A stretch of DNA of 64,000 bases from Pecten maximus (taxonomy: Eukaryota): assembly GCF_902652985.1 (NCBI RefSeq), contig NC_047029.1:1364001-1428000 (forward strand), read 5' to 3'. Positions 20,136 to 32,700 of the stretch are shown in pieces. Under the pieces are notes generated by a model. That model made no database searches and was not told where the DNA came from. It worked only from the letters and a program-made list of their open reading frames with translations. Numbering within the stretch: the stretch's first letter is position 1; every line of letters begins with the position of its first letter. A program made the translations under genes and the position numbers.

Positions 20136-23100
20136 ACCAGAACAGGGTCTCCGAGTATTATATCGGTACTAAAAACGAAAGTGAAACCGACTTCACAAAA
20201 TATAACAATATTGACTGAAAACTCGTTCTTGTTATTTGTTATTCCCCAACAGTAAAATATAAACCATTGAACATATTTGTTGCTTCCTCTTGTTGATTTG
20301 ACCTTTTCTACCAAATAAAGTTTTCTGGAAAAATCAGGTGCATCAAAGTTTCTGGTTTTCGATATTGCATATCAGTTTTTTATACACTCGGTACTCGGCA
20401 TATCAAAAAACCCTTCGAATTATTATAGTTTATGAGGGATGTCTCTTGTCTAACAATACCAGCTAAAACATAATGAGAATTTAGCCATCTGATAATGAAC
20501 ACACCAAAGAGAGACAATCCCCTTCGTAACAAACGAATAATGAATATTTTAGACTTGTTCAAATGGTAATTATCGCAATCTCTTGTTTGGGGTTGGTTAA
20601 AATTACTGTTTCAGATAAAACAATATTATATGTTTGTATTTCCCCTATCATTGTAGTAAGCCAGATTGTATCACTCAGTTATCTACATTACATAGTTTAC
20701 TGTACTGTCCCCATTATCATGTGATATTGCACATGCGCAAACAGTTGGGTCCAGATGAAATACGGGAATCCCAGATTAAACGCGACTTCCACTTTTGATC
20801 TAGACGCAGTTATCAATTGATTTCCTTTAACAAACACATTTTAAAAACAAGTGATTTGGATTTTAAAGAAAGCAGACGTCAACTAAGGTGTGGTAAGTGT
20901 ATATATATATATATATATAGATTTCCTCTGTGAAACATACAGGTGTATAACACATGTACCTGAATGATTAGTACGTGATATTAACAGAAAGATACCATCC
21001 AGCAGCTCAGTTCAAGATACAGTTTAATGGTATATGTATATATATATATATAAATGTGTGTGTACAAAACCAGTTCTTGGTATCAGACAATTAATAATCC
21101 AACAGAATTCATAGAGCCCTCCTTGAAGTTATCCCTCGTCTTCGGGACACTCAGTTAGTAAGGATACCTATTAAAGACGAAAGGAGAGGAAATGAAAGAA
21201 TCAGGATCAGAGTAGAAAAGACAAGAAAGTGAAAAAGAGAAAAAAAAGTACATTCAAATGAGGTCTCAGTGTCAAAATGTTCCAATTCGAATACAGGTCT
21301 TGACAAACATTGCAATTTCCTTGATGCCATCTCCTTGACATACATTGCCAACTCCTTGACACTGCTATCCCCTTGGTAGACACTGCCAATTCCTTGACAC
21401 TGTCATCTCAATGACAGACACTGTCATCTCCTTAACACCAGAACAGGGTCTCCGAGTATTATACCGGCACTAAAAACGAAAGTGAAACCGACATCACAAA
21501 ATGTAGCAATTATGACTGATAACACGTTCTTGTTATTTATTCCCCAACAGTAAAATATTAACCATAAAAACCAATGTATTGTGTCCTCCTGCTGATTGAC
21601 CTTTTCTGAAAAATCAAGTTTTCTAGATAAATCAGGTGCATCATAGTTTCTGGTCTTCGATATTGCATATCAGTTGTTTTTTTTATACACTCGGTACTCG
21701 GCATATCAAAAAGCCCTTCGAATTATTATAGTTTATGAGGGATGTCTCTTGTCTAACAATACCAGCTAAAACATAATGAGAATTTAGCCATCTGATAATG
21801 AACACACCAAAGAGAGACAATCCCCTTCGTAACAAATGAATAATGAATATTTTAGACTTGTTCAAATGGTAATTATCGCAATCTCTTGTTTGGGGTTGGT
21901 TAAAATTACTGTTTCAGATAAAACAATATTATATGTTTGTATTTCCCCTATCATTGCAGTAAGCCAGATTGTATCACTCAGTTAGTTACATTACATAGTT
22001 TACTGTACTGTCCCCATTATCATGTGATATTGCACATGCGCAAACAGTTGGGTCCAGGTGAAATACGGGAATCCCAGATTAAACGCGACTTCCACTTTTG
22101 ATCTAGACGCAGTTATCAATTGATTTCCTTTAACAAACACATTTTAAAAACAAGTCATTTGGATTTTAAAGAAAGCAGACGTCAACTAAGGTGTGGTAAG
22201 TGTATATATATATATATAGATTTCCTCTGTGAAACATACAGGTGTATAACACATGTACCTGAATGATTAGTACGTGATATTAACAGAAAGATACCATCCA
22301 GCAGCTCAGTTCAAGATACAGTTTAATGGTATATGTATATATATATATATAAATGTGTGTGTACAAAACCAGTTCTTGGTATCAGACAATTAATAATCCA
22401 ACAGAATTCATAGAGCCCTCCTTGAAGTTATCCCTCGTCTTCGGGACACTCAGTTAGTAAGGATACCTATTAAAGACGAAAGGAGAGGAAATGAAAGAAT
22501 CAGGATCAGAGTAGAAAAGACAAGAAAGTGAAAAAGAGAAAAAAAAGTACATTCAAATGAGGTCTCAGGGTCAAAATGTTCCAATTCGAATACAGGTCTT
22601 GACAAACATTGCAATTTCCTTGATGCCATCTCCTTGACATACATTGCCAACTCCTTGACACTGCTATCCCCTTGGTAGACACTGCCAATTCCTTGACACT
22701 GTCATCTCAATGACAGACACTGTCATCTCCTTAACACCAGAACAGGGTCTCCGAGTATTATACCGGCACTAAAAACGAAAGTGAAACCGACATCACAAAA
22801 TGTAGCAATTATGACTGATAACACGTTCTTGTTATTTATTCCCCAACAGTAAAATATTAACCATAAAAACCAATGTATTGTGTCCTCCTGCTGATTGACC
22901 TTTTCTGAAAAATCAAGTTTTCTAGATAAATCAGGTGCATCATAGTTTCTGGTCTTCGATATTGCATATCAGTTGTTTTTTTTATACACTCGGTACTCGG
23001 CATATCAAAAAGCCCTTCGAATTATTATAGTTTATGAGGGATGTCTCTTGTCTAACAATACCAGCTAAAACATAATGAGAATTTAGCCATCTGATAATGA

Positions 23101-24850
23101 ACACACCAAAGAGAGACAATCCCCTTCGTAACAAATGAATAATGAATATTTTAGACTTGTTCAAATGGTAATTATCGCAATCTCTTGTTTGGGGTTGGTT
23201 AAAATTACTGTTTCAGATAAAACAATATTATATGTTTGTATTTCCCCTATCATTGCAGTAAGCCAGATTGTATCACTCAGTTAGTTACATTACATAGTTT
23301 ACTGTACTGTCCCCATTATCATGTGATATTGCACATGCGCAAACAGTTGGGTCCAGGTGAAATACGGGAATCCCAGATTAAACGCGACTTCCACTTTTGA
23401 TCTAGACGCAGTTATCAATTGATTTCCTTTAACAAACACATTTTAAAAACAAGTGATTTGGATTTTAAAGAAAGCAGACGTCAACTAAGGTGTGGTAAGT
23501 GTATATATATATATATAGATTTCCTCTGTGAAACATACAGGTGTATAACACATGTACCTGAATGATTAGTACGTGATATTAACAGAAAGATACCATCCAG
23601 CAGCTCATTTCAAGATACAGTTTAATGGTATATGTATATATATATATATAAATGTGTGTGTACAAAACCAGTTCTTGGTATCAGACAATTAATAATCCAA
23701 CAGAATTCATAGAGCCCTCCTTGAAGTTATCCCTCGTCTTCGGGACACTCAGTTAGTAAGGATACCTATTAAAGACGAAAGGAGAGGAAATGAAAGAATC
23801 AGGATCAGAGTAGAAAAGACAAGAAAGTGAAAAAGAGAAAAAAAAGTACATTCAAATGAGGTCTCAGGGTCAAAATGTTCCAATTCGAATACAGGTCTTG
23901 ACAAACATTGCAATTTCCTTGATGCCATCTCCTTGACATACATTGCAACTCCTTGACACTGCTATCCCCTTGACATACATTGCCAATTCCTTGACACCAG
24001 AACAGGGTCTCCGAGTATTATACCGGCACTAAAAACGAAAGTGAAACCGACATAACAAAATGTAGCAATTATGACTGATAACACGTTCTTGTTATTTATT
24101 CCCCAACAGTAAAATATTAACCATAAAAACCAATGTATTGTGTCCTCCTGCTGATTGACCTTTTCTATCAAGTTAAGTTCTCTTGATAAATCAGGTGCAT
24201 CATAGTTTCTGGTCGTCGATATTGCATATCAGTTGTTTTTTTATACACTCGGTACTCGGTATATCAAAAAGCCCTTCGAATTATTATAGTTCATGAGGGA
24301 TGTCTCTTGTCTAACAATACCTGCTAAAACATAATGAGAACATAGCCATCTGATAATTATCAGATGGCTATGTTCTCATTATGTTTTAGCTGGTATTGTT
24401 AGACAATCCCCTTGGAAACAATTGATTAATGAACACTTTAGACTTGTTCAAATGTAATTATCACAATCTCTAGTGCGGGGTTGGTTAAAATTACTGTTTC
24501 AGAAAAAAAATATCACTATGTGTTTGTATTTCCCCTATCATTGTAGTAAGCCAGATTGTATCAATCAGTTAGTTACATTGTTTACTGTACTGTCCCCATT
24601 ATCATGTGATATTGTACATGCGCAAACAGTTGGGTCCAGGTGAAATACGGGAATCCCAGATTAAACGCGACTTTCTCTTTTGATCTAGACGCAGTTATCA
24701 ATTTATTTCCTTATACCAAGACATTTTAAAAACAAATAATTTGGATTCTAAAGAAAGCAGACGTACAACTAAGGTGTGGTAAGTGTTTATATATATATGT
24801 AGATTTCCTCTGTGAAACGTATACGTGTATTATACTTGTGTCTGTATGAT
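20134..24850. repeat. ~1.3-kb tandem duplication, ~3.6 copies
   Basis: ACACCAGAACAGGGTCTCCGAGTATTA recurs near 20134, 21435, 22734, 23995; near-identical small ORFs at 21151/22450/23749 (1299-bp period). Confidence 0.95.
24307..24406. repeat. 100-bp near-perfect palindrome in the fourth tandem copy
   Basis: TTGTCTAACAATACCTGCTAAAACATAATGAGAACATAGCCATCTGATAA|TTATCAGATGGCTATGTTCTCATTATGTTTTAGCTGGTATTGTTAGACAA, 1 mismatch. Confidence 0.92.
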
Positions 24851-25899
24851 TAGCCGCTACTTCAATTCTGTAATTGTAATGGTTGAAAGGATTTCGTCGC
24901 TCATGTTCGAATGTGATACTAGTTGTTTTTCATGGCTGTCAACATCAGGACCGTCTCGGTTTTGACGTCATTGAACGTGTAGCTACTCGACTACTACATC
25001 ACCACTTTGTCCAGGCCTAACCATTTTGTCTCAAAAGCGTTATATTAAAATTAAGATGATACGGAATTCACATTCTTTTTAAAATGGTGAAAAAGATATT
25101 GTAAGATAGTAATTTAACATTCTGATAAAACTCTTTAAGAGCTTAAATGACCTGTGATATCACATAAACGTATACGCTCCCCTAATTCCGGTCAAAATGT
25201 TCGACCAATCTATATGATGAATAGGAAATGAGAGTTCTGCGCCACTTTATCCCTCCTTCTTTATTTATAGTAAATCCCTCCCTGGCGGGATGGATCAGTG
25301 AGGGATGAGTGAGGGATAAGGGATTGACCTCATGACCTTTAATTAGAATGCCCTTTTAATTCATAATATTAATTATAAGGTATATAGTTAGAGATGATGG
25401 ATATACTTTACGCCAGGTGTATTTATAGACTGACATGTCCAAACAGGTTATACGTTAGGTAAGCGGCTGATTCCCTGAACGCCTACATTTTGAAATAACA
25501 CCCTACTGGCTATGTTTGTACAGTAATTATAGTCTGTTCTGGTGAAGTCACTTTTGTTACCTGTGTTTTACCTGTGTATGTTACCTGTAATTTTCATTGA
25601 ATTTCTCATCAAAATCAAATGTCAATATTCAATGAATATACTGCACAAAAATACAATAAATTAGAATTAACTATGCACATGATAATTGTCAATACTTATT
25701 TAAACAATTTAATAATGAAATATATTCTTTCTTCCCTGCCTTAAACAAACCATACCAAGCCCTTTACATTTGCTTCTCTTGATCGACTGGAAAAACTCAA
25801 AGCCCTTTACTGAAATTTTTTTTCTACCCAGCCTTCACTTAGAAAAACTAAGTCTGAATCATTTCTGGCTTGCCGAAATGCCTGCCTCAAGACTTCGTC

Positions 25900-26126
25900 G
25901 TGATGGAGTTGGTAAATTAATCCAGCTACGATAGTTCGAGGTCGACGCTTAACAAACTTGTGAACATTGCCGAATTCAACATGTTTAACTTTCCAGAGAT
26001 CGCTGCAGATTAATTGTCGTATCAAAGCTGTTGTATTATCCCTCTGTTCTCTTGAATTCCTGAAAATACAAGGTCACACTTCATGGATCTACACTGTATG
26101 TCAGTGACCTTCTCCCTAATCTCATT
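25900..26126 (-). pseudogene. Decayed non-LTR retrotransposon ORF1 fragment (L1-RBD-like)
   Basis: Minus strand reads NEIREKVTDIQCRSMKCDLVFSGIQEN, then (frameshift) LIRQLICSDLW...EFGNVHKF..RRPRTIVA; a typical ORF1 pattern. Confidence 0.65.
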
Positions 26127-26735
26127 TGCTGGCATATGTAAATTCTCCGTAGTACTGACAGTTTCATCCACGCACGCCTTGACCATGTGGAAGGTTCCCT
26201 GTCATTATCACAAAAGTTCTATTAGAGAAAAATAAGCAAATATGCTCAAATTATTTTTTTTTCTGTGAATCAAGCGAATTCCCGCTACGACGGAACGTTT
26301 TTCACATAAGTGATGGTTTTAATTGAAGACGTCACAATATTGCTTTAGCAGGTGTGTCTTTACCATGAACATTACCCTTTATAGTCTAAAACACAATGGA
26401 AATAAACACAGTGATGTTACAATGTATCTGTAGCTCATCGACAGCTTTATTTTATTATATTTATTTATCATTATTATTTAAATGGACATATTTTAGCGTT
26501 AATCATATTGAACCGTTTTCGCGCTGAAACCATCCGCTAGATAGTGACTGCGGTAATTACATATATATCTACTATTTCTATAGGAAGTAATGAAGGTGCG
26601 CCGACTTGTCATTGCACAAATCTGTTAAAATTGTTGTAATAGACCAAAATTAGGATTTTAACAGTAATTCAAATCTTGATTCCTATTGCAATCTATTATT
26701 TCCATTTTGTTACAGGAGCGAATTAGATTTATGCC

Positions 26736-29700
26736 ATGGCGGCGGAACAAACTTTGGTGTATTTTAACACACAAACAACTGGACTTAGTAAGTACAACAT
26801 TCCTTGTGTTTATACATTAGACCAATGTACGCGCACTTCTGATAGAGAAATTAACAATCCAAGGTTTCCAAAAACGTAGGTTGATGAAAACTACGAGAAA
26901 GTTCTATCTAAGACATCATCATCTCAATCGGAAAGTTCTATTTATTTTTAATATATGAAGTCAGACGTGTTCAATGTTTTTTTGTTTTGGCTTGAGATAC
27001 CGTTGTTAAGAAAATGACGCGATTTTCCACAAGGATAAAATGAGTTGCATCACTTTGAAGCTTCCGTTATGACTGACTCCTAATTTCTTAATCATTATGA
27101 CGGAATGACCGCGGCTAACAACATGTCCAAGTCATATATCGCCATTATGAGTTGTGTTATCAATCGCCATTGTTGGTTATGTCATAGATCGCCATTGTTG
27201 GTTATGTCATAGATCGTCATTGTTGGTCGTGTCATAGATCGCCATTGTTGGTCGTGTCATAGATCGTCATTGTTGGTCGTGTCATAGATCGCCATTGTTG
27301 GTTATGTCATAGATCGCCTTTGTTAGTCGTGTCATAGATCGTCGTTATTGGTTTTGTCATAGATCGTCATTGTTAGTCGTGTCATAGATCGTCATTGTTA
27401 GTCATGTCATATATCGCATTTGTTAGTCGTGTCATAGATCGTCGTTATTGGTTTTGTCATAGATCGTCATTGTTAGTCGTGTCATATATCGCCTTTGTTA
27501 GTCGTGTCATAGATCGTCGTTATTGGTTTTGTCATATATCGCCATTGTTGGTCGTGTCATATATCGCCATTGATGGTCGTGTCACAAAACGTCATTGTTG
27601 GTCATGTCGTAGATCGTCATTGTTAGTCGTGTTATATATCGCCATTGTTAGTCGTGTCATAAATCGTCATTGTTGGTTATGTCATAGATCGCCATTGGTA
27701 GTCGTGTAATATATCGCCATTGATGGTCGTGTCACAGAACGTCATTGTTGGTCGTGTCATATATCGTCATTGTAGGTCTTGTCATAGATCGTCATTGTTG
27801 GTCGTGTCACCAATCGTCATTGTTGGTCGTGTCATCAATCGTCATTGTTGGTCGTGTCATAGATCGTCATTGTTGGTCGTGTCATCATTCGTCATTGTTG
27901 GTCGTGTCATAGATCTTCATTGTTGGTCGTGTCATCAATCGTCATTGTTGGTCGTGTCATAGATCGTCATTGTTGGTCGTGTCACAGATAGTCATTGTTG
28001 TTCGTGTCATAGATCGTCATTGTTGGTCGTGTCATAGATCGCCATTGTTGGTAGTGTCATAGATCGTCATTGTTAGTCGTGTTTTAGATCGTCATTCTAA
28101 GTCGTGTCATATATCGCCATTGTTAGTCGTGTCATAGATCCTCATTGTTGGTTGTGTCATAGATTGGCATTATTGGTCGTGTCATAGATCGCCATTGTTG
28201 GTCGTGTCATAGATCTTCATTGTTAGTCGTGTCATAGATCGCCATTGTTGGTCGTGTCATAGATCTTCATTGTTATTCGTGTCATAGATCATCAATGTTA
28301 GTCAAGTCATAGATCGCCATCGTTGGTCGTGTCATAGATCGTCATTGTTGGTCGTGTCATAGATCGCCATTGTTAGTCGTGTCATAGATCGCCATTGTTG
28401 GTCATGTCATAGATCGCCATTTTTGGTCGTGTCAGAGATCGCCATTGTTGGTCGTGTCATAGATCTTCATTGTTAGTCGTGTCATAGATCGCCATTGTTG
28501 GTCATAGATCGCCATTGCTAGTCATGTCAAAGATCGTCATTGTTGGTCGTGTCATAGATCGTCATTGTTGGTCGTGTCATAGATCGTCATTGTAAGTCGT
28601 GTCATATATCGCCATTATTGGTCATGTCATAGATCGTCATTGTTGGTCGTATCATAGATGGCCATTGTTGGTCATAGATCGCCACTGTTAGTCATGTCAT
28701 AGATCGTCATTGTTGGCCGTGTCACCAATCGTCATTGTTGGTCGAGTCATCAATCGTCATTGTTGGTCGTGTCATAGATCGCCATTGTTGGTAGTGTCAT
28801 AGATCGTCATTGTTAGTCGTGTTATAGATCGTCATTGTAAGTCGTGTCATATATCGCCATTGTTAGTCGTGTCATAGATCGTCATTGTTGGTAGTGTCAT
28901 AGATCGGCATTATTGGTCGTGTCATAGATCTCCATTATTGGTCGTGTCATAGATCGCCATTGTTGGTCGTGTCATAGATCGGCATTATTGGTCGTGTCAT
29001 AGATCGCCATTGTTGGTCGTGTTATAGATCTTCATTGTTAGTCGTGTTATAGATCGTCATTGTAAGTCGTGTCATATATCGCCATTGTTAGTCGAGTCAT
29101 AGATCTTCATTGTTGGTCGTGTCATAGATCGCCATTGTTGGTCGTGTCATAGATCGGCATTATTGGTCGTGTCATAGATCTTCATTGTTGGTCGTGTCAT
29201 AGATCTTCAATGTTAGTCGAGTCATAGATCTTCATTGTTAGTCGAGTCATAGATCTTCATTGTTGGTCGTGTCATAGATCTTCAATGTTAGTCGAGTCAT
29301 AGATCGCCATTGTTGGTCGTGTCATAGATCGTCATTGTTGGTCGTGTCATAGATCTTCATTGTTGGTCGTGTCATAGATCGTCATTGTTGGTCGTGTCAT
29401 AGATCGCCATTGTTGGTCGTGTCATCAATCGTCATTGTTGGTCGTGTCATAGATCGCCATTGTTAGTCGTGTCATATATCGCCATTGTTGGTCATGTCAT
29501 AGATCGCCATTGTTGGTCGTATGACAGATCGCCATTGTTGGTCGTGTCATAGATCTTCATTGTTAGTCGTGTCATAGATCGCCATTGTTGGTCATAGATC
29601 GCCATTGCTAGTCATGTCATAGATCGTCATTGTTGGTCGTGTCATAGATCGTCATTGTAAGTCGTGTCATATATCGCCATTGTTGGTCATGTCATAGATC

Positions 29701-32700
29701 GTCATTGTTGGTCGTGTCATAGATGGCCATTGTTGGTCATAGATCGCCATTGTTATTCATGTCATAGATCTCATTGTTGGTCGTGTCATAGATCGTCATT
29801 GTTGGTCGTGTCATAGATCGCCATTGTTAGTCGTGTCATCAATCGTCATTGTTAGTCGTGTCATAGATCATCATTGTTGGTCGTGTTATAGATTGTCATT
29901 GTTAGTCGTGTCATCATTCGTCATTTTTGGTCGTGTCATATATCGCCATTGTTTGTCGTATCATAGATCGTCATTGTTGGTCGTGTCATAGATCGTCATT
30001 GTAAGTCGTGTCATATATCGCCATTGTTGGTCATGTCATAGATCGTCATTGTTGGTCGTGTCATAGATGGCCATTGTTGGTCTTAGATCGCCATTGTTGA
30101 TGATGTCATAGATCTCATTGTTGGTCGTGTCATAGATCGTCATTGTTGGTCGTGTCATAGATCGTCATTGTTGGTCGTGTCATAGATCGTCATTGTTAGT
30201 CGTGTCATCAATCGTCATTGTTAGTCGTGTCATAGATCGTCATTGTTGGTCGTGTTAAATATCGTCATTGTTAGTCGTGTCATAGATCGTCATTGTTGGT
30301 CGTGTCATAGATCGTCATTGTTGGTCGTGTCATAGATCGTCATTGTAAGTCGTGTGATAGATCGTCATTGTTGGTCGTGTCATAGATCGCCATTGTTAAT
30401 GATGTCATAGATCGCCATTGTTAGTCATGTCATAGATCGCCATTGTTGGTCGTTTCATACATCGCCATTGTTGGTCGTGTCATAGATCGTCATTGTTGGT
30501 CGTGTCATAGATGGCCATTGTTGGTCATAGATCGCCATTGTTAGTCATGTCATAGATCGTCATTGTTGGTCGTGTCATAGATCGTCATTGTTGGTCGTGT
30601 CATAGAACGTCATTGTTGGTCGTGTCATAGATCGTCATTGTTAGTCGTGTCAACAATCGTCATTGTTAGTCGTGTCATAGATCGTCATTGTTGGTCGTGT
30701 TATAGATCGTCATTGTTGGTCGTGTTATAGATCGTCATTGTTAGTCGTGTCATCATTCGTCATTGTTGGTCGTGTCATATATCGCCATTGTTAGTCGTGT
30801 CATAGATCGTCTTTGTTGGTCGTGTCATAGATCGTCATTGTAAGTCGTGTCATATATCGCCATTGTTGATCATGTCATAGATCGTCATTGTTGGTCGTGT
30901 CATAGATCGTCATTGTTAGTCGTGTCAAAGATCGTCATTGTTGGTCGTATCACAGATCGTCATTGTTAGTCGTGTCATAGATCGTCATTGTTGGTCGTGT
31001 CATAGATCGTCATTGTTGGTCGTGTTATAGATCGTCATTGTTGGTCGTGTCATAGATCGCCATTGTTAGTCGTGTCATAGATCGTCATTGTTAGTCGTGT
31101 CATAGATCGCCATTGCTAGTTGTGTCATAGATCGTCATTGTTGGTAGTGTCATAGATCGTCATTGTTGGTCGTGTCATAGATCGCCATTTTTGGTCGTGT
31201 CATAGATCGTCATTGTTAGTCGTGTCATAGATCGCCATTGCTAGTTGTGTCATAGATCGTCATTGTTGGTCGTGTCATAGATCGTCATTGCTGGTCGTGT
31301 CATCATTCGTCATTGTTGGTCGTGTCATATATCGCCATTGTTGGTCGTGTCATAGATCGTCATTGTTGGTCGTGTCATAGATCGTCATTGTTGGTTGTGT
31401 CATAGATCGCCATTGTTAGTCGTGTCATATATCGCCATTGTTAGTCGTGTCATAGATCGTCATTGTTGGTAGTGTCATAGATCGTCATTGTTGGTCGTGT
31501 CATAGATCGCCATTGTTAGTCGTGTCATAGATCGCCATTGTTAGTCGTGTCATAGATCGTCATTGTTAGTCGTGTCATAGATCGTCATTGTTGGTCGTGT
31601 CATAGATCGTCATTGTTGGTCGTGTCATAGATCGCCATTGTTAGTCGTGTCATAGATCGTCATTGTTAGTCGTGTCATAGATCGTCATTGTTGGTCGTGT
31701 CATATATCGCCATTGTTAGTCGTGTCATAGATCGCTATTGTTGGTCGTGTCATATAGATCGTCATTGTTGGTCGTGTCATAGATCGTCATTGTTAATTCT
31801 GTCATAGATCGCCATTTTTGGTCGTGTCATAGATCGTCATTGTTAGTCGTGTCATAGATCGCCATTGCTATATCTGTCATGGATCGTCATTGTTGGTCGT
31901 ATCACAGTTCGTCATTGTTAGTCGTGTCATAGATCGTCATTGTTGGTCGTGTCATAGATCGTCATTGTTGGTCGTGTTATAGATCGTCATTGTTGGTCGT
32001 GTCATAGATCGCCATTGTTAGTCGTGTCATAGATCGTCATTGTTAGTCGTGTCATAGATCGCCATTGCTAGTTGTGTCATAGATCGTCATTGTTGGTAGT
32101 GTCATAGATCGTCATTGTTGGTCGTGTCATAGATCGCCATTTTTGGTCGTGTCATAGATCGTCATTGTTAGTCGTGTCATAGATCGCCATTGCTAGTTGT
32201 GTCATAGATCGTCATTGTTGGTCGTGTCATAGATCGTCATTGCTGGTCGTGTCATCATTCGTCATTGTTGGTCGTGTCATAGATCGCCATTGTTGGTCGT
32301 GTCATAGATCGTCATTGTTGGTCGTGTCATAGATCGTCATTGTTGGTTGTGTCATAGATCGCCATTGTTAGTCGTGTCATATATCGCCATTGTTAGTCGT
32401 GTCATAGATCGTCATTGTTGGTAGTGTCATAGATCGTCATTGTTGGTCGTGTCATAGATCGCCATTGTTAGTCGTGTCATAGATCGCCATTGTTAGTCGT
32501 GTCATAGATCGTCATTGTTAGTCGTGTCATAGATCGTCATTGTTGGTCGTGTCATAGATCGTCATTGTTGGTCGTGTCATAGATCGCCATTGTTAGTCGT
32601 GTCATAGATCGTCATTGTTAGTCGTGTCATAGATCGTCATTGTTGGTCGTGTCATATATCGCCATTGTTAGTCGTGTCATAGATCGCTATTGTTGGTCGT

